Of a stretch of DNA of 64,000 nt, positions 1 to 12,500 are shown one piece after another. The notes beneath the pieces were generated by a model. The model saw only the letters and a list, made by a program, of their open reading frames with translations, was not told the origin of the DNA and did not search any database. The stretch spans positions 243,722,001-243,786,000 of the forward strand of contig OZ024743.1 of assembly GCA_964016885.1 (NCBI GenBank), read 5' to 3'. This stretch comes from Eledone cirrhosa. Lineage: Eukaryota. A program made the position numbers and the translations under genes. How positions within the stretch are numbered: position 1 is the stretch's first letter; every line of letters begins with the position of its first letter.

Positions 1-508
1 TAGTAATGGTTGTTGTGGTAGCAGTTGTGGTATGATAGTGATAATTAATGGTGGTAGTAGGGGTTGCAGTGGTGATAATGGCGGAAGTAGTAATGTCATG
101 GGCTCTTCTGATTTGTGAGAGAGAGAGAGAGAAAAACTGAGTCCAGTAATTAATTGGTACTTTATTTATTGACCTTGAAGGGATGAAAGGCAAAGTTGAC
201 TTTCACAGGATTTGAACTCAGAGCGCAGTAGAGTCAGAATAAATACCATCTGCCATTCTATCAACTCAACCAAATCGTCATTTTAGCTGTAGTAATAGTG
301 AATCAATATTGTAACGGACATGCTTTATGGCATAGTGTTACACCCCTTTGCGATCTGAGTTCAAATCCTACTGAGGTTAGCTTTGTTTTACATCCTTACA
401 AGGTCGATAAAATAAAGTACCAGTAATGCATTGGGATCGATTTAATCGACTTTCCCCAAACATTGTTGGCCTTGTGCCTAAATCAGAAATCAATATTATA
501 ATACTAAC

Positions 509-585
509 CAGAAGTAGTAGTAATCATTAATTGTTGACAAGTATGGATATAATTTCCGTAATGGCTTTTAGGCAGTTTCCCAGCT
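509..585 (-). CDS. FANCA: FANCA exon 20
   Basis: actttag| AGKLPKSHYGNYIHTCQQLMITTTS G|gttagt; cf. human ADKIPPSLYSTYCQAC. Confidence 0.85.
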
Positions 586-3500
586 CTAAAGTAAAGATAA
601 AGAGATAATTAATGAGGACGTACAATTACTATTGATGACATGTAATCACTATTTATGACTTATAAATATTACTAATAACATCTAATTACTGTTGATGACA
701 TTTAACATACATACTCAAATATAAGCCGAGAAATATGACCCCAAAAAGATCAATAGTAAAATGTGTGCGGGGGGCAGGGGGGTATATTAAAGGTCAATAT
801 TTTGTTGATTTTCACCAACTTCAAATTCTACATAAATAAGGTGCTAAAATATCTGGAATGTTTATTTTACAATAAAACACTGTTTTTCTGCATTTTCTAC
901 ATCATCATTGGTGTTATTTATACATTCTCTTGAAAATGTCTGGGAAGGGGGACACTAAACAAGCCCTGGGTTTTCTTCTCCAAGACACAAGCCTGATCAG
1001 GGTGGCTTTGTGGAAGACCAGCAATTGCCCATGCATGTCTCTTTTCTCAACCCCATTGATGTTGTCCAAGGAAAAAGAAAAGGCTGATACAGCTTGGTAT
1101 CAGAGTCATTGCATCATATTTTTTCCAGCTGAGTAGATTGGAGCAGTGTGAAATAAAGTGATTTACTCAAGGACACAATACATCTCCTGGTCTTAGAACT
1201 GAACTCACACACCTTCATATCTAAACTACATTTACACCTAATAAGTTTTATGGTCATATCATGTTGAAAGGAACAGTTCTCATCTGATCACTTAAGTAAG
1301 TAATGTCAAGTATAAATGGGTGACTGCTTGGTAAACCTAGGTGCTGTAAGCATCTTTCACGTTTTTGAAGATGATAAATTAAACTACAAGTCCAGTATGG
1401 TGGATTGATGGAATTGTTAGAACTTCAGACACCTTAAGATATTTGTTTTGGCTTTCTGTGTTCTGAGCTTAAATCCTGCTGTGGCCTACATGGGACGTAG
1501 ACTTAATCAGTTGCCAGGTTTAACACCACTACCTAGCCTTTGGGTGCTTTTAGCAGGGCCCACATCATTGCAAACATTCAGGCCAGGACTCTGGTTCAAA
1601 GATACCTCCTTCCCACCAGTCTCGGGCATGTGTAGAAGTGTCATTAACACTGCCTTTGCCTCCCTGAATAAACAGTGGAGGTAAAAAAAAAAAAAATAAA
1701 CTCACCCTCTCAGTGCTTTGATAAACTTCATTCTTGAGTCTGCAATCTTGGGAAGCTAAATGGAAGAACATCTTAGATGAAATACGAATTTGAACCCACA
1801 ACATCGAGATCACAAGTTCAAATGGTACAAGTATTTTAAGGTAATTTTCCTTACTAAAGTAGGGGTTAGCCATGCAGGGCCTCATGACACATTTCTTTAT
1901 ATTGCCCTATCATCTGAATCACCCCCCTCATCAGTCCCCTGGCTTCTATTTCTTCTTCCATGATCTTTAGCCATGTCTTTCTTAGTCTTCATCTTCCTTC
2001 CACATTCATTTCCATCACTCTTCTCATACAGTCACTATTATCTTTTCTCAACACATCACACAACCATCTCTCACCTAGTCACTTTTATCTTTCTCATTCC
2101 ATTTTTCTTCACAACATTCATCATGGCTCTATTCCCATCATCTACACACCCGGCCATTTTCATCCTTCCTCAACACAATCCAATCATCTCATTTCATTTC
2201 TCTTCACAAGTTATCACTACCTCTATTCCCATCACTCATCAAGTCACTTTCATCCTTTCTTAACAGATGACCCAGCCATCTCATTCTATTTCTTTTCAGT
2301 GGCTCTATTCGCACCACTCCTCTCACCCAATCACTTTTATTTTTCTTCAACACATGACTGAGTCATCTCATTACATTTCTCTTCACAACATTCATCAATT
2401 GTTCTATTCTTATCACCCATGTGTATCTAGTTTAGAATAGGTACAACATGTCTCTGCGTGTGGTAAGAGGTGACAAAGAGTTTGGTCAGGAAAGGTATGA
2501 GGCCTTAAACATTGCCACAACTAGGATCCCATGATCTGTAGTATATGCCATCACCATACATGCGATAACTGATGAAATATGGAAACAACTCACTGAAGTA
2601 ACACAGCACGTGTCACCACCACTAACATAACAACTGCCACCAACATCACTACAACCATGATCTCCAGCACTACAACAATGATCTCCAGCACTACAACCAT
2701 GATCTCCAGCACTACAACCACTACGGCCAACACTACAACAATGATCTCCAGCACTACAACCACTACGGCCAACACTACAACCATGATCTCCAGCACTACA
2801 ACCACTACTGCCAACACTACAACCATGATCTCCAGCACTACAACAATGATCTCCAGCACTACAACCACTACGGCCAACACTACAACCATGATCTCCAGCA
2901 CTACAACCACTACGGCCAACACTACAACCACTACGGCCAACACTACAACCATGATCTCCAGCACTACAACCACTACGGCCAACACTACAACCATGATCTC
3001 CAGCACTACAACCACTACGGCCAACACTACAACCATGATCTCCAGCACTACAACCACTACTGCCAACACTACAACCATGATCTCCAGCACTACAACCACT
3101 ACGGCCAACACTACAACCATGATCTCCAGCACTACAACCACTACGGCCAACACTACAACCATGATCTCCAGCACTACAACCACTACGGCCAACACTACAA
3201 CCATGATCTCCAGCACTACAACCACTACGGCCAACACTACAACCATGATCTCCAGCACTACAACCACTACGGCCAACACTACAACCATGATCTCCAGCAC
3301 TACAACCACTACTGCCAACACTACAACAATGATCTCCAGCACTACAACCACTACAGCCAACACTACAACCATGATCTCCAGCACTACAACCACTACGGCC
3401 AACACTACAACCATGATCTCCAACACTACAACAATGATCTCCAGCACTACAACCACTACTGCCAACACTACAACAATGATCTCCAGCACTACAACCACTA

Positions 3501-6500
3501 CGGCCAGCACTACAACCATGATCTCCAGCACTACAACCACTACTGCCAACACTACAACCATGATCTCCAGCACTACAACCACTACTGCCAACACTACAAC
3601 CATGATCTCCAGCACTACAACCACTACTGCCAACACTACAACCATGATCTCCAGCACTACAACCACTACTGCCAACACTACAACAATGATCTCCAGCACT
3701 ACAACCACTACGGCCAGCACTACAACCACTACTGCCAACACTACAACCATGATCTCCAGCACTACAACCACTACTGCCAACACTACAACCATGATCTCCA
3801 GCACTACAACCACTACTGCCAACACTACAACCATGATCTCCAGCACTACAACCACTACTGCCAACACTACAACCATGATCTCCAGCACTACAACCACTAC
3901 TGCCAACACTACAACCATGATCTCCAGCACTACAACCACTACTGCCAACACTACAACCATGATCTCCAGCACTACAACAATGATCTCCAGCACTACAACC
4001 ACTACTGCCAACACTACAACAATGATCTCCAGCACTACAACCACTACTGCCAACACTACAACAATGATCTCCAGCACTACAACCACTACGGCCAACACTA
4101 CAACCATGATCTCCAGCACTACAACCACTACGGCCAACACTACAACCATGATCTCCAGCACTACAACCACTACTGCCAACACTACAACAATGATCTCCAG
4201 CACTACAACCACTACTGCCAACACTACAACAATGATCTCCAGCACTACAACCACTACGGCCAACACTACAACCATGATCTCCAGCACTACAACCACTACG
4301 GCCAACACTACAACCATGATCTCCAGCACTACAACCACTACGGCCAACACTACAACAATGATCTCCAGTACTACAACAATGATCTCCAGCACTACAACCA
4401 CTACGGCCAACACTACAACAATGATCTCCAGCACTACAACCACTACGGCCAACACTACAACAATGATCTCCAGTACTACAACAATGATCTCCAGCACTAC
4501 AACCACTACGGCCAACACTACAACCATGATCTCCAGCACTACAACCACTACTGCCAACACTACAACAATGATCTCCAGCACTACAACCACTACGGCCAAC
4601 ACTACAACAATGATCTCCAGCACTACAACAATGATCTCCAGCACTACAACCACTACTGCCAACACTACAACAATGATCTCCAGCACTACAACCACTACTG
4701 CCAACACTACAATCAAAGCAATACTATCACCCCCCCCCCCCAACCACCATAATTTCCTCTACAACCACCACTTAACCTATGATTTCTGGCACTACAACCA
4801 CCACCCCCGACAGCAACAGCAGTAGCACTCCAACGACAGCCTGTTCTAATTATATAACACAAAAGATAGTATAAGTCTTACCCTGCGTGGTTTCAACAAA
4901 ACTGGCAAAAACTGCCCCACAAAATATGGCCTCCTAAAAATTCTAGAAGAGATAGGAAACCAAAAAATTATTTCATTATATATCAAAGTTTTGTTAAAGC
5001 CCTTATTATCATTATTTGAACATAACCTGTTGTTTTACAGATAGAATAAGTAATACTCAATTTCTTTACTAAACTTTTTTTCCACGCTTGCATAGGTTAG
5101 ATTGGCCGTCCACATTATGAGACAAGGCTGGCCAGTTAACCACACCATACCTTGTTCAAATGGAACTGTATTTTGGCTAGGTTTTTACAGCTGGATGCCC
5201 TTCCTAACACCAACCACATTTACAGTGTAGAACTGGGTGGTCTTGTTGTGAGGGAGGTCTGGACAGCAGTTGGCAACACCATACCATGCTCATAGCGGGA
5301 CTGTGTTTTGGCTGGGTTTTCACGGTTGCTGGATGCCATTCTTAACACCAGCAAAGTTTACAGTGTGGAACTGGGTGGTATTGTTATGAGGAGGACCTGG
5401 CCATATATATGTTCCTCAGGCCACTCCTTTCTAGATGTCTCAGTCTTGGGTGTCCTTTTGCATCGCGGATCATTGGCCTGGCGCACCAGGGCTGTGTGGA
5501 GCCTGATTTTCCGCCTTGCGACCAGTTTCACTGATGGACTCAACTCTCCTCCCCAATTTCGGTTAGAATCTCGGACCTTGTGACTGGAAAGTTAACTTTG
5601 TATTGTAGCAACATGACTGACATAGGAAATACATTGTGTGTATATGTGAGTCAATTTTAGAGAGTTACAGATGGAGATATGATATATATAAATATATATA
5701 TACTATACAAACACACATGGCATATTATTATGGTTGTTAGAAAGAGGGTAAGGGAGACAGATAGATAACACCATTGACAGAAAACTGATTTCTCAAGTGA
5801 ATGATAGCATTTTATAACATACCCTCTCCTTACACTTTGTCTTACAGGAATAGCTAACATGGGTAACCAAAGTCAGTTATTCTGGAGCAGATCTATTCTG
5901 TAGAGGTAATTAACAATGTGTTCTAAGAGGCGAGACCTAACCATGATGTTTTAGTGTTATTGTGGTAACTCTCGTTTATCTGAATCGACAAGATTCCAGA
6001 CTTCTTTTCCTTACTAATTCAGGTGGGACTTGTCAGATCAGATCAAGCAAATAATGTTTCCATCAGTCTTTCCAATTGCTAATACTATCTACTGGTCACA
6101 ACTCCTTGCAACCCTAGTTAGCTCTGTTATAGTGGAAGGTAACAACAATATTTATAATTCTAAGTGAGGAGATATCAGTTCAAAGTGAAAAAGAAAACAC
6201 GATTTCAAAGTGTGCACATGTCAGATCAAAGTGAGAATAATGACTTCAAAGTGAGCAGATAATACTTCAAAGTGGGCCATATTACTTCAAAATGAGAATA
6301 GCTATTTCATAGTGAGCTCATGTCATGTGAACAAAACATAAACTTACTTTAATCATCCAAGTATACACAATGTATCTTCTGAAAGAGAAAATGTAACAGG
6401 AAGACTTTATCAGTTGGAGAATACAATAAACAGAACAGAAAGACCTCTCTTTTTTATATCATGGATGAAAATATTGCACGAGCAAAAACTTAGAATTAAC

Positions 6501-9500
6501 CAGACAAGTTCAAATTGTTGACATTACAAATGATGTTACCATGTTATTTCATGTTCTGACTCTCAAAATATCAGTCAAATCTTTTTGTGGTAAACTCATT
6601 TTAAAATTGCTATTCTCATTTTTAATTTGAAAAGTCTCATTTTGAAATCCGTGATCTCACTTTGAATTGGCAAGGACTAATTATAAACACATATATCCTC
6701 ACTTAAAATTACAAATACTGTAGTTATTGTGAGACCAGAGATCTAGCCAGAATACTTGTAGCAGACTGGACTTTACTAAAGGTAACCAAGGACCAGATAG
6801 TGGTGATAGATCTGGTAATAGATCAAGTCTACCAACCAGGGAGGTAAAGGTAGATGACATTTGCCCAAAGTGGTGGTGGTGGTGGTGGTGATGGTGGTGA
6901 TGATGGTGGTGTTCGTGATGGTGGTGATGATGGTGGTGGTGGTAGTGATGATGATGGTGGTGGTGGTGGCGGCGGTGATGATGGTGATGGTGATGGTAGT
7001 GGCGGTGATGGTGGTGGTGTTCCATACAAAACTGCCTGAAACTGCCCTTGGTTCTATGATATAAACTTTGTTTTAACCTTTTAGCATTTACATTATTCAA
7101 TATATACTATTGTATTTTCATGATGGTGGTGGTGGTGATGATGATGGTGGTGGTGGTGGTGGTGTTTGTGATGGTGGTGGTGATGGTGGTGGTGTTTGTG
7201 ATGGTGGTGGTGGTGATGGTAGTGGCGGTGGTGGTGATGGTGGTGGTGTTCGTGATGGTGGTGGTGATGGTGGTGGTGATGGTAGTGGTGGTGGTGATGG
7301 TAGTGGCAGTGGTGGTGGTGTTTGTGATGGTGGTGGTGATGTTCGTGATCGTGGTGGTGGTGATGGTGGTGGTGGTGGTGATGGTGGTGGTGGTGGTGGT
7401 GATGATGATGGTGGTGGTGGTGATGATGGTAGTGGTGGTGGTGGTGGTGATAGTGTTTGTGATGGTGGTGGCGGTGGTGGTGATGATGATGGTGGTGTTC
7501 GTGATGGTGGTGGCGGTGGTGTTGATGATGGTGATGGTGATGGTGGTGATGGTTGTGGTGCTGATGATAATGACAATGATGGTGGTGATGACTGTAACTT
7601 AATACTTACATAGATTGCATAACACTGGCAGGAATCTTGCCCAAAGAGTCGAAACTATCCACAGCAGCCATTACATCTTGCTCAGTCTCTTCACCAGTCT
7701 GGAAACATAACAAGATACGTTAAACCTTTTCCATACAAAACTGCCTGAAACTGCCCTTGGTTCTATGATATAAACTTTGTTTTAACCTTTTAGCATTTAC
7801 ATTATTCAATATATACTATTGTATTTTCATGGTAAAGGCTTTACCTCACATAATATTGAATCTATGAGATTTTGATATTATTTATTTTGAGAATAATACC
7901 TTAACATCAGTATGAGCAGCCAGTTACAGCCCTTTTGAACAGAAAGAGGTGAGAGAATTCTGGTTGAATACAGCCGGTTTAAATGCTAAAGTTATTAGGG
8001 CATCGGATTAAATGCCTTGATACTTGTTCTACCTCACTGCACTGTTTCCACAAGGTGTTTTGTCCAACACTAATAACTCAGTTGATTCATTGCCTGGAAG
8101 GATGAAAGGAAAAGTAAGGACCAGCTTGACTTAATTTAAAGGCAGAACAGTGGAACATTCAACCAAATCCACATGGAATTGAATAAGAAAACAACTGCTA
8201 CGTGGTTGCTTGCGCTACTAGAAATAGTAGCCAAATAATCTTCCTCAGTTATTACTTTAAAGAAAGAAAAGAAATATTAGATAATGTATTCCTAGGTATC
8301 AATAAAAAGATGGTCTGGTCATGGGAGGATTGTCTTTGATCACAGGACTGTGCAATCAAGTTCGACCTGGGCTTAAGCAACATCAACTAATCAATGTGGG
8401 AGCCTCAATATGGTTGCTCAACATGCTTTAAATAGCAACCATATCTACCTCACATCAAACCATATTGTTTTAAAAGGGAAACATTTATAGCGAGATTACT
8501 GGTTGTATGAATGTAACAAAACGAGACAATGTTTGTGTATATAATATTTAATTAACGGTAGATAGAATACTTGACATGTCAAAGATAAATGTTAGAATGA
8601 AACAAAGTTAGTAGTTACCGTTTTGATTGCCAGGCAAACGCGGCTGGCAGAGGGCGCCTGGCTAAGGCCAGGCGCCTGTTGGCCAAATTAATGGCAGAGC
8701 CAAATGAGAAGACTCTTGACCTGGTGCCGAAAAGGCAAAGAGAGAGAGGAAGCTCAAAGTTGCTAGTTTTATAGGGCTCTGACCGGAAGTTGCAGAAAGG
8801 GTTCCACCTCCCGTCTAGATCCCAATCAAAACAAGGGAGACAACCGCTACATAACCTCCCGCCAGAATTTTAGTGTATAAAAATCGAAATGAAAATATGT
8901 AGCAAGTTGGCGAGAATGTTGTAACAGGCATGAAAATTACGACAAAAGAATGTTTGGAAAAATCAATGATAGATATCAAGGTAGCCAACCGCTCTTGGCC
9001 AGAGCACGACTGGACATCCATCTATCCATCACCCAAAGATACAATGTAATAAAGTAAAAGTAATAGAAGAGCTCAAAGTTCAAAATATAGTTCACAGGTG
9101 TGCAATCACATGACAGCTGGAAAGAAAGTGTGTTCCAGAGAATGAATGCAGGTGGTTTCTGTTCTGTGGTATATCGTGAAATTTCCAACCTCCGAATGGA
9201 TTTTCTCACAGGAAGAGTGCTGCAAAAATAAATTCTCTGGCTTTGGTGAAGCTGTGTTGATGTATTGCTGTTGCTGTTATATTGCTGTTGCTGCTGCTGT
9301 TGTCTCGCTGAGTGAGCGTATTCGGTGTTTAAATTCACAGTAAAAAAATTTTTTTTTTAGAAAAAATGAGTTGCGCAAAGTGCTAGAAATAGCAGCCGAA
9401 GTTGATGGTCGATGTTGAGAATGCGTTGACCTGGAAGGGTCAAGAGGCCAGCGACCAGAGAAATAAGCATTCTTAATAAATGCGCGGTTATCAACGGTAA

Positions 9501-12500
9501 ATTTACATTGTAAATTTATAAACCGGCAAATAGAAGAATATAGCTTAAGGCTGAAGAATCCTTGGGGGAGAAATGCTATCTCTGGCGTGCGGCTGTCTTT
9601 AACGGTAGATAGAATACTTGACATGTCAAAGATAAATGTTAGAATGAAACAAAGTTAGTAGTTACCGTTTTGATTGCCAGGCAAACGCGGCTGGCAGAGG
9701 GCGCCTGGCTAAGGCCAGGCGCCTGTTGGCCAAATTAATGGCAGAGCCAAATGAGAAGACTCTTGACCTGGTGCCGAAAAGGCAAAGAGAGAGAGGAAGC
9801 TCAAAGTTGCTAGTTTTATAGGGCTCTGACCGGAAGTTGCAGAAAGGGTTCCACCTCCCGTCTAGATCCCAATCAAAACAAGGGAGACAACCGCTACACA
9901 TTTGATAATGTAAACCTAGATATACTATGTTTAAAAATAGGAGTATTCAATCATGGTTGACTTAGGGCTAAACAACAGCGACAAAATCAACCAAATTTCC
10001 CTCATATCACACTCTACCATCTTAAAAAGAAGAATACATTAGATAATATTATCCTAGATACACTATGCCTCAGTGGACAATAAGATAGAATATCTTTGAT
10101 CATAAAGAGGTTTATTCAATAAGGAGTGATCTGGAACTAAACAATATCAGCTAAATCTCCCTTGTATCACACCCTATCATCTTAAAAATAAGAATACAGT
10201 AGACAATGTAATCCTATATACATGCACAATGAGTACATTTTGGGATGTTCATCATTGTCATTTTACATGTTTTTCTTTCATGTTGGTATGAGTTGGGCAG
10301 GTTGCCTTGATCCAAGATGAGACAGGTCAGATGCCCATGTCTTGCTCATAAGTTCCATTTTTGGCATGGTTTCATGGATGCCCTTCCTAATGCCAACCAC
10401 TTTACAGAAAGTAATGGGTGTATTTTATTGTGGAACTAACACTTTAAAGTGCATACTGGGGGCATTTTATTGTGGAACAAACACTTTAGAGTGCATACTG
10501 GGGGCATTTTATTGTGGAACAAACACTTTAGAGTGCATACTGGGGGCATTTTATTGTGGAACTAACACTTTAGAGTGCATCCTGGGGGCATTTTATTGTG
10601 GAACTAACACTTTAGAGTGCATACTGGGGCATTTTATTGTGGAACAAACATTTTAGAGTGCATCCTGGGGGCATTTTATTGTGGAACTAACACTTTAAAG
10701 TGCATACTGGGGGCATTTTATTGTGGAACTAACACTTTAGAGTGCATACTGGGGGCATTTTATCAAGATATTGGCACTACCACTTACAGAGTAACTTGGT
10801 TATGCCCAATATTTTGCATAATATATTTGACGTAACAGACTGAAGTGAACATTGCATATATATCACTAGAATGGAATAAAAACAAAGAATGAGGATTATT
10901 TTTCTACATTCTAAAGTGTTTCAAGTTATATATTTTTATCTGACACTTTGTATTTCAAAAGTTTCAGGAACTGAGTGGCATGAATAATAAGGGAAGCATT
11001 GCAGAAACTGAAGGAAAAAGTGTATTCTGCATGTGAGAGAAGAGCTATGGTTTATGGGAATGAGACATGTATGATGAATGTGGAGCAGCAGAGAAGGCTG
11101 GAAAGAATGGAAATGAAAATAGTTCAGTAGTTGAGTGGAGTATGTTTCTGAGAGAGAGAAAGGAAGGCAAATAAGGAATTGTAGAAAATGATGGGAATAA
11201 CACCAGTGCGGCATATGTTGTAGAGAAATGGAATGAGATGGTTGGGTCATGTGTGGATTTATTTCATAGAACCAGAGGCAGATTTGCGCAGGTTGGTATC
11301 AAAAGAGTTAACAGATATTTTGCAGAATACAATGTGACAATATATAGTTTGATACAACAGATACTAACCTGAACATCTGTTGTAGTACGATAGCCACTGC
11401 TGCCTGGTTTAATGATAGTTTGCTAAAAAAGAGGGAACATTGAATGATGAACGAGTCTTAGTATAAAAATGGAATGTTTTCCATAATAAAATTAAGAAAT
11501 ATGAAAGGAAATTATTGTAATTGATTTAAATGAATGTAAAATGAAAATACTGATTGAAATTGTGAAGCGAACTCCTTGACGATGAACTCCTTGCACCTAT
11601 AATAATAATAATAAACCAGAAATTTATGAGGAGAGTTTAGTTGATTATACTGACCCTGGAAGGATTAGGGCAAATTTCAGCTTAGCAGGATTTGAACTCC
11701 AAACATAAAGAGCCAGAATGAGAGCCTTAAGACATTTTCTTGTTGTTCTAACAATAATGGTTTCTGAAATAGGCACAACGCCAATAATTTGGGGGCAGTG
11801 GATTACTGGTACTTTATTTTATCAACCCCGTTTTCTAATTTAGGCACAAGGCCAGTAACTTAAGAGGATGGGAAAGTTGATTATATGGACAGGGCAGGAT
11901 TTGAACTCAGAACATAGAAAGTTGTGACTAAATACTACAAAGCATTTTGTCTGACACCGTAACTATTCTGTCAATCCACTAACCTTTAACACTATTTCTT
12001 TTATTAGCCACAATAATCTTTCTCTCTCGTATTATATATATATAAAGGCGGTGGATTGGCAGTATCGGTAGAGGGTCGGACGCCATGCTTTGAAGCATAG
12101 AGTTACCTCCCTTTATGATCTGAGTTCAAATCCCGCCAAGGTTAACTTTGCCTTTCATCCTTACGGGGTCGATAAAATAAAGTACCAGTAATACACTGGG
12201 TAATTGCTGGCCTTGTGCCAAAAGTAGAAACACTTATATATATATATATATCAAATTTAATATAGAAATGGGTTGTATAGGACTAGAATTGTTTCATTCG
12301 AAGGAAATCATCAGGAAAGCTCTGATAATTTCTTTCGAATGAATTAGTTCTAGTCCTATAGAAGTCATTTCAATATTAAATTTGATGTTTACACTCTACT
12401 AATGTATTGAGTACCTTACTTACTGTGGTTACCCCCTATTGAACCCAGGACTCACATATATATATATATATACATACATATATATATATATATGTATACA

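Noticed and set aside
2590-4825. 717- and 722-aa ORFs as protein-coding genes
   Set aside because: Both are translations of a 21/42-bp tandem repeat inside a FANCA intron, with no signal peptide or non-repetitive domain
6699-7613. His-, Pro-, Gly- and Val-rich ORFs
   Set aside because: Products of a (GGT/GAT)n microsatellite
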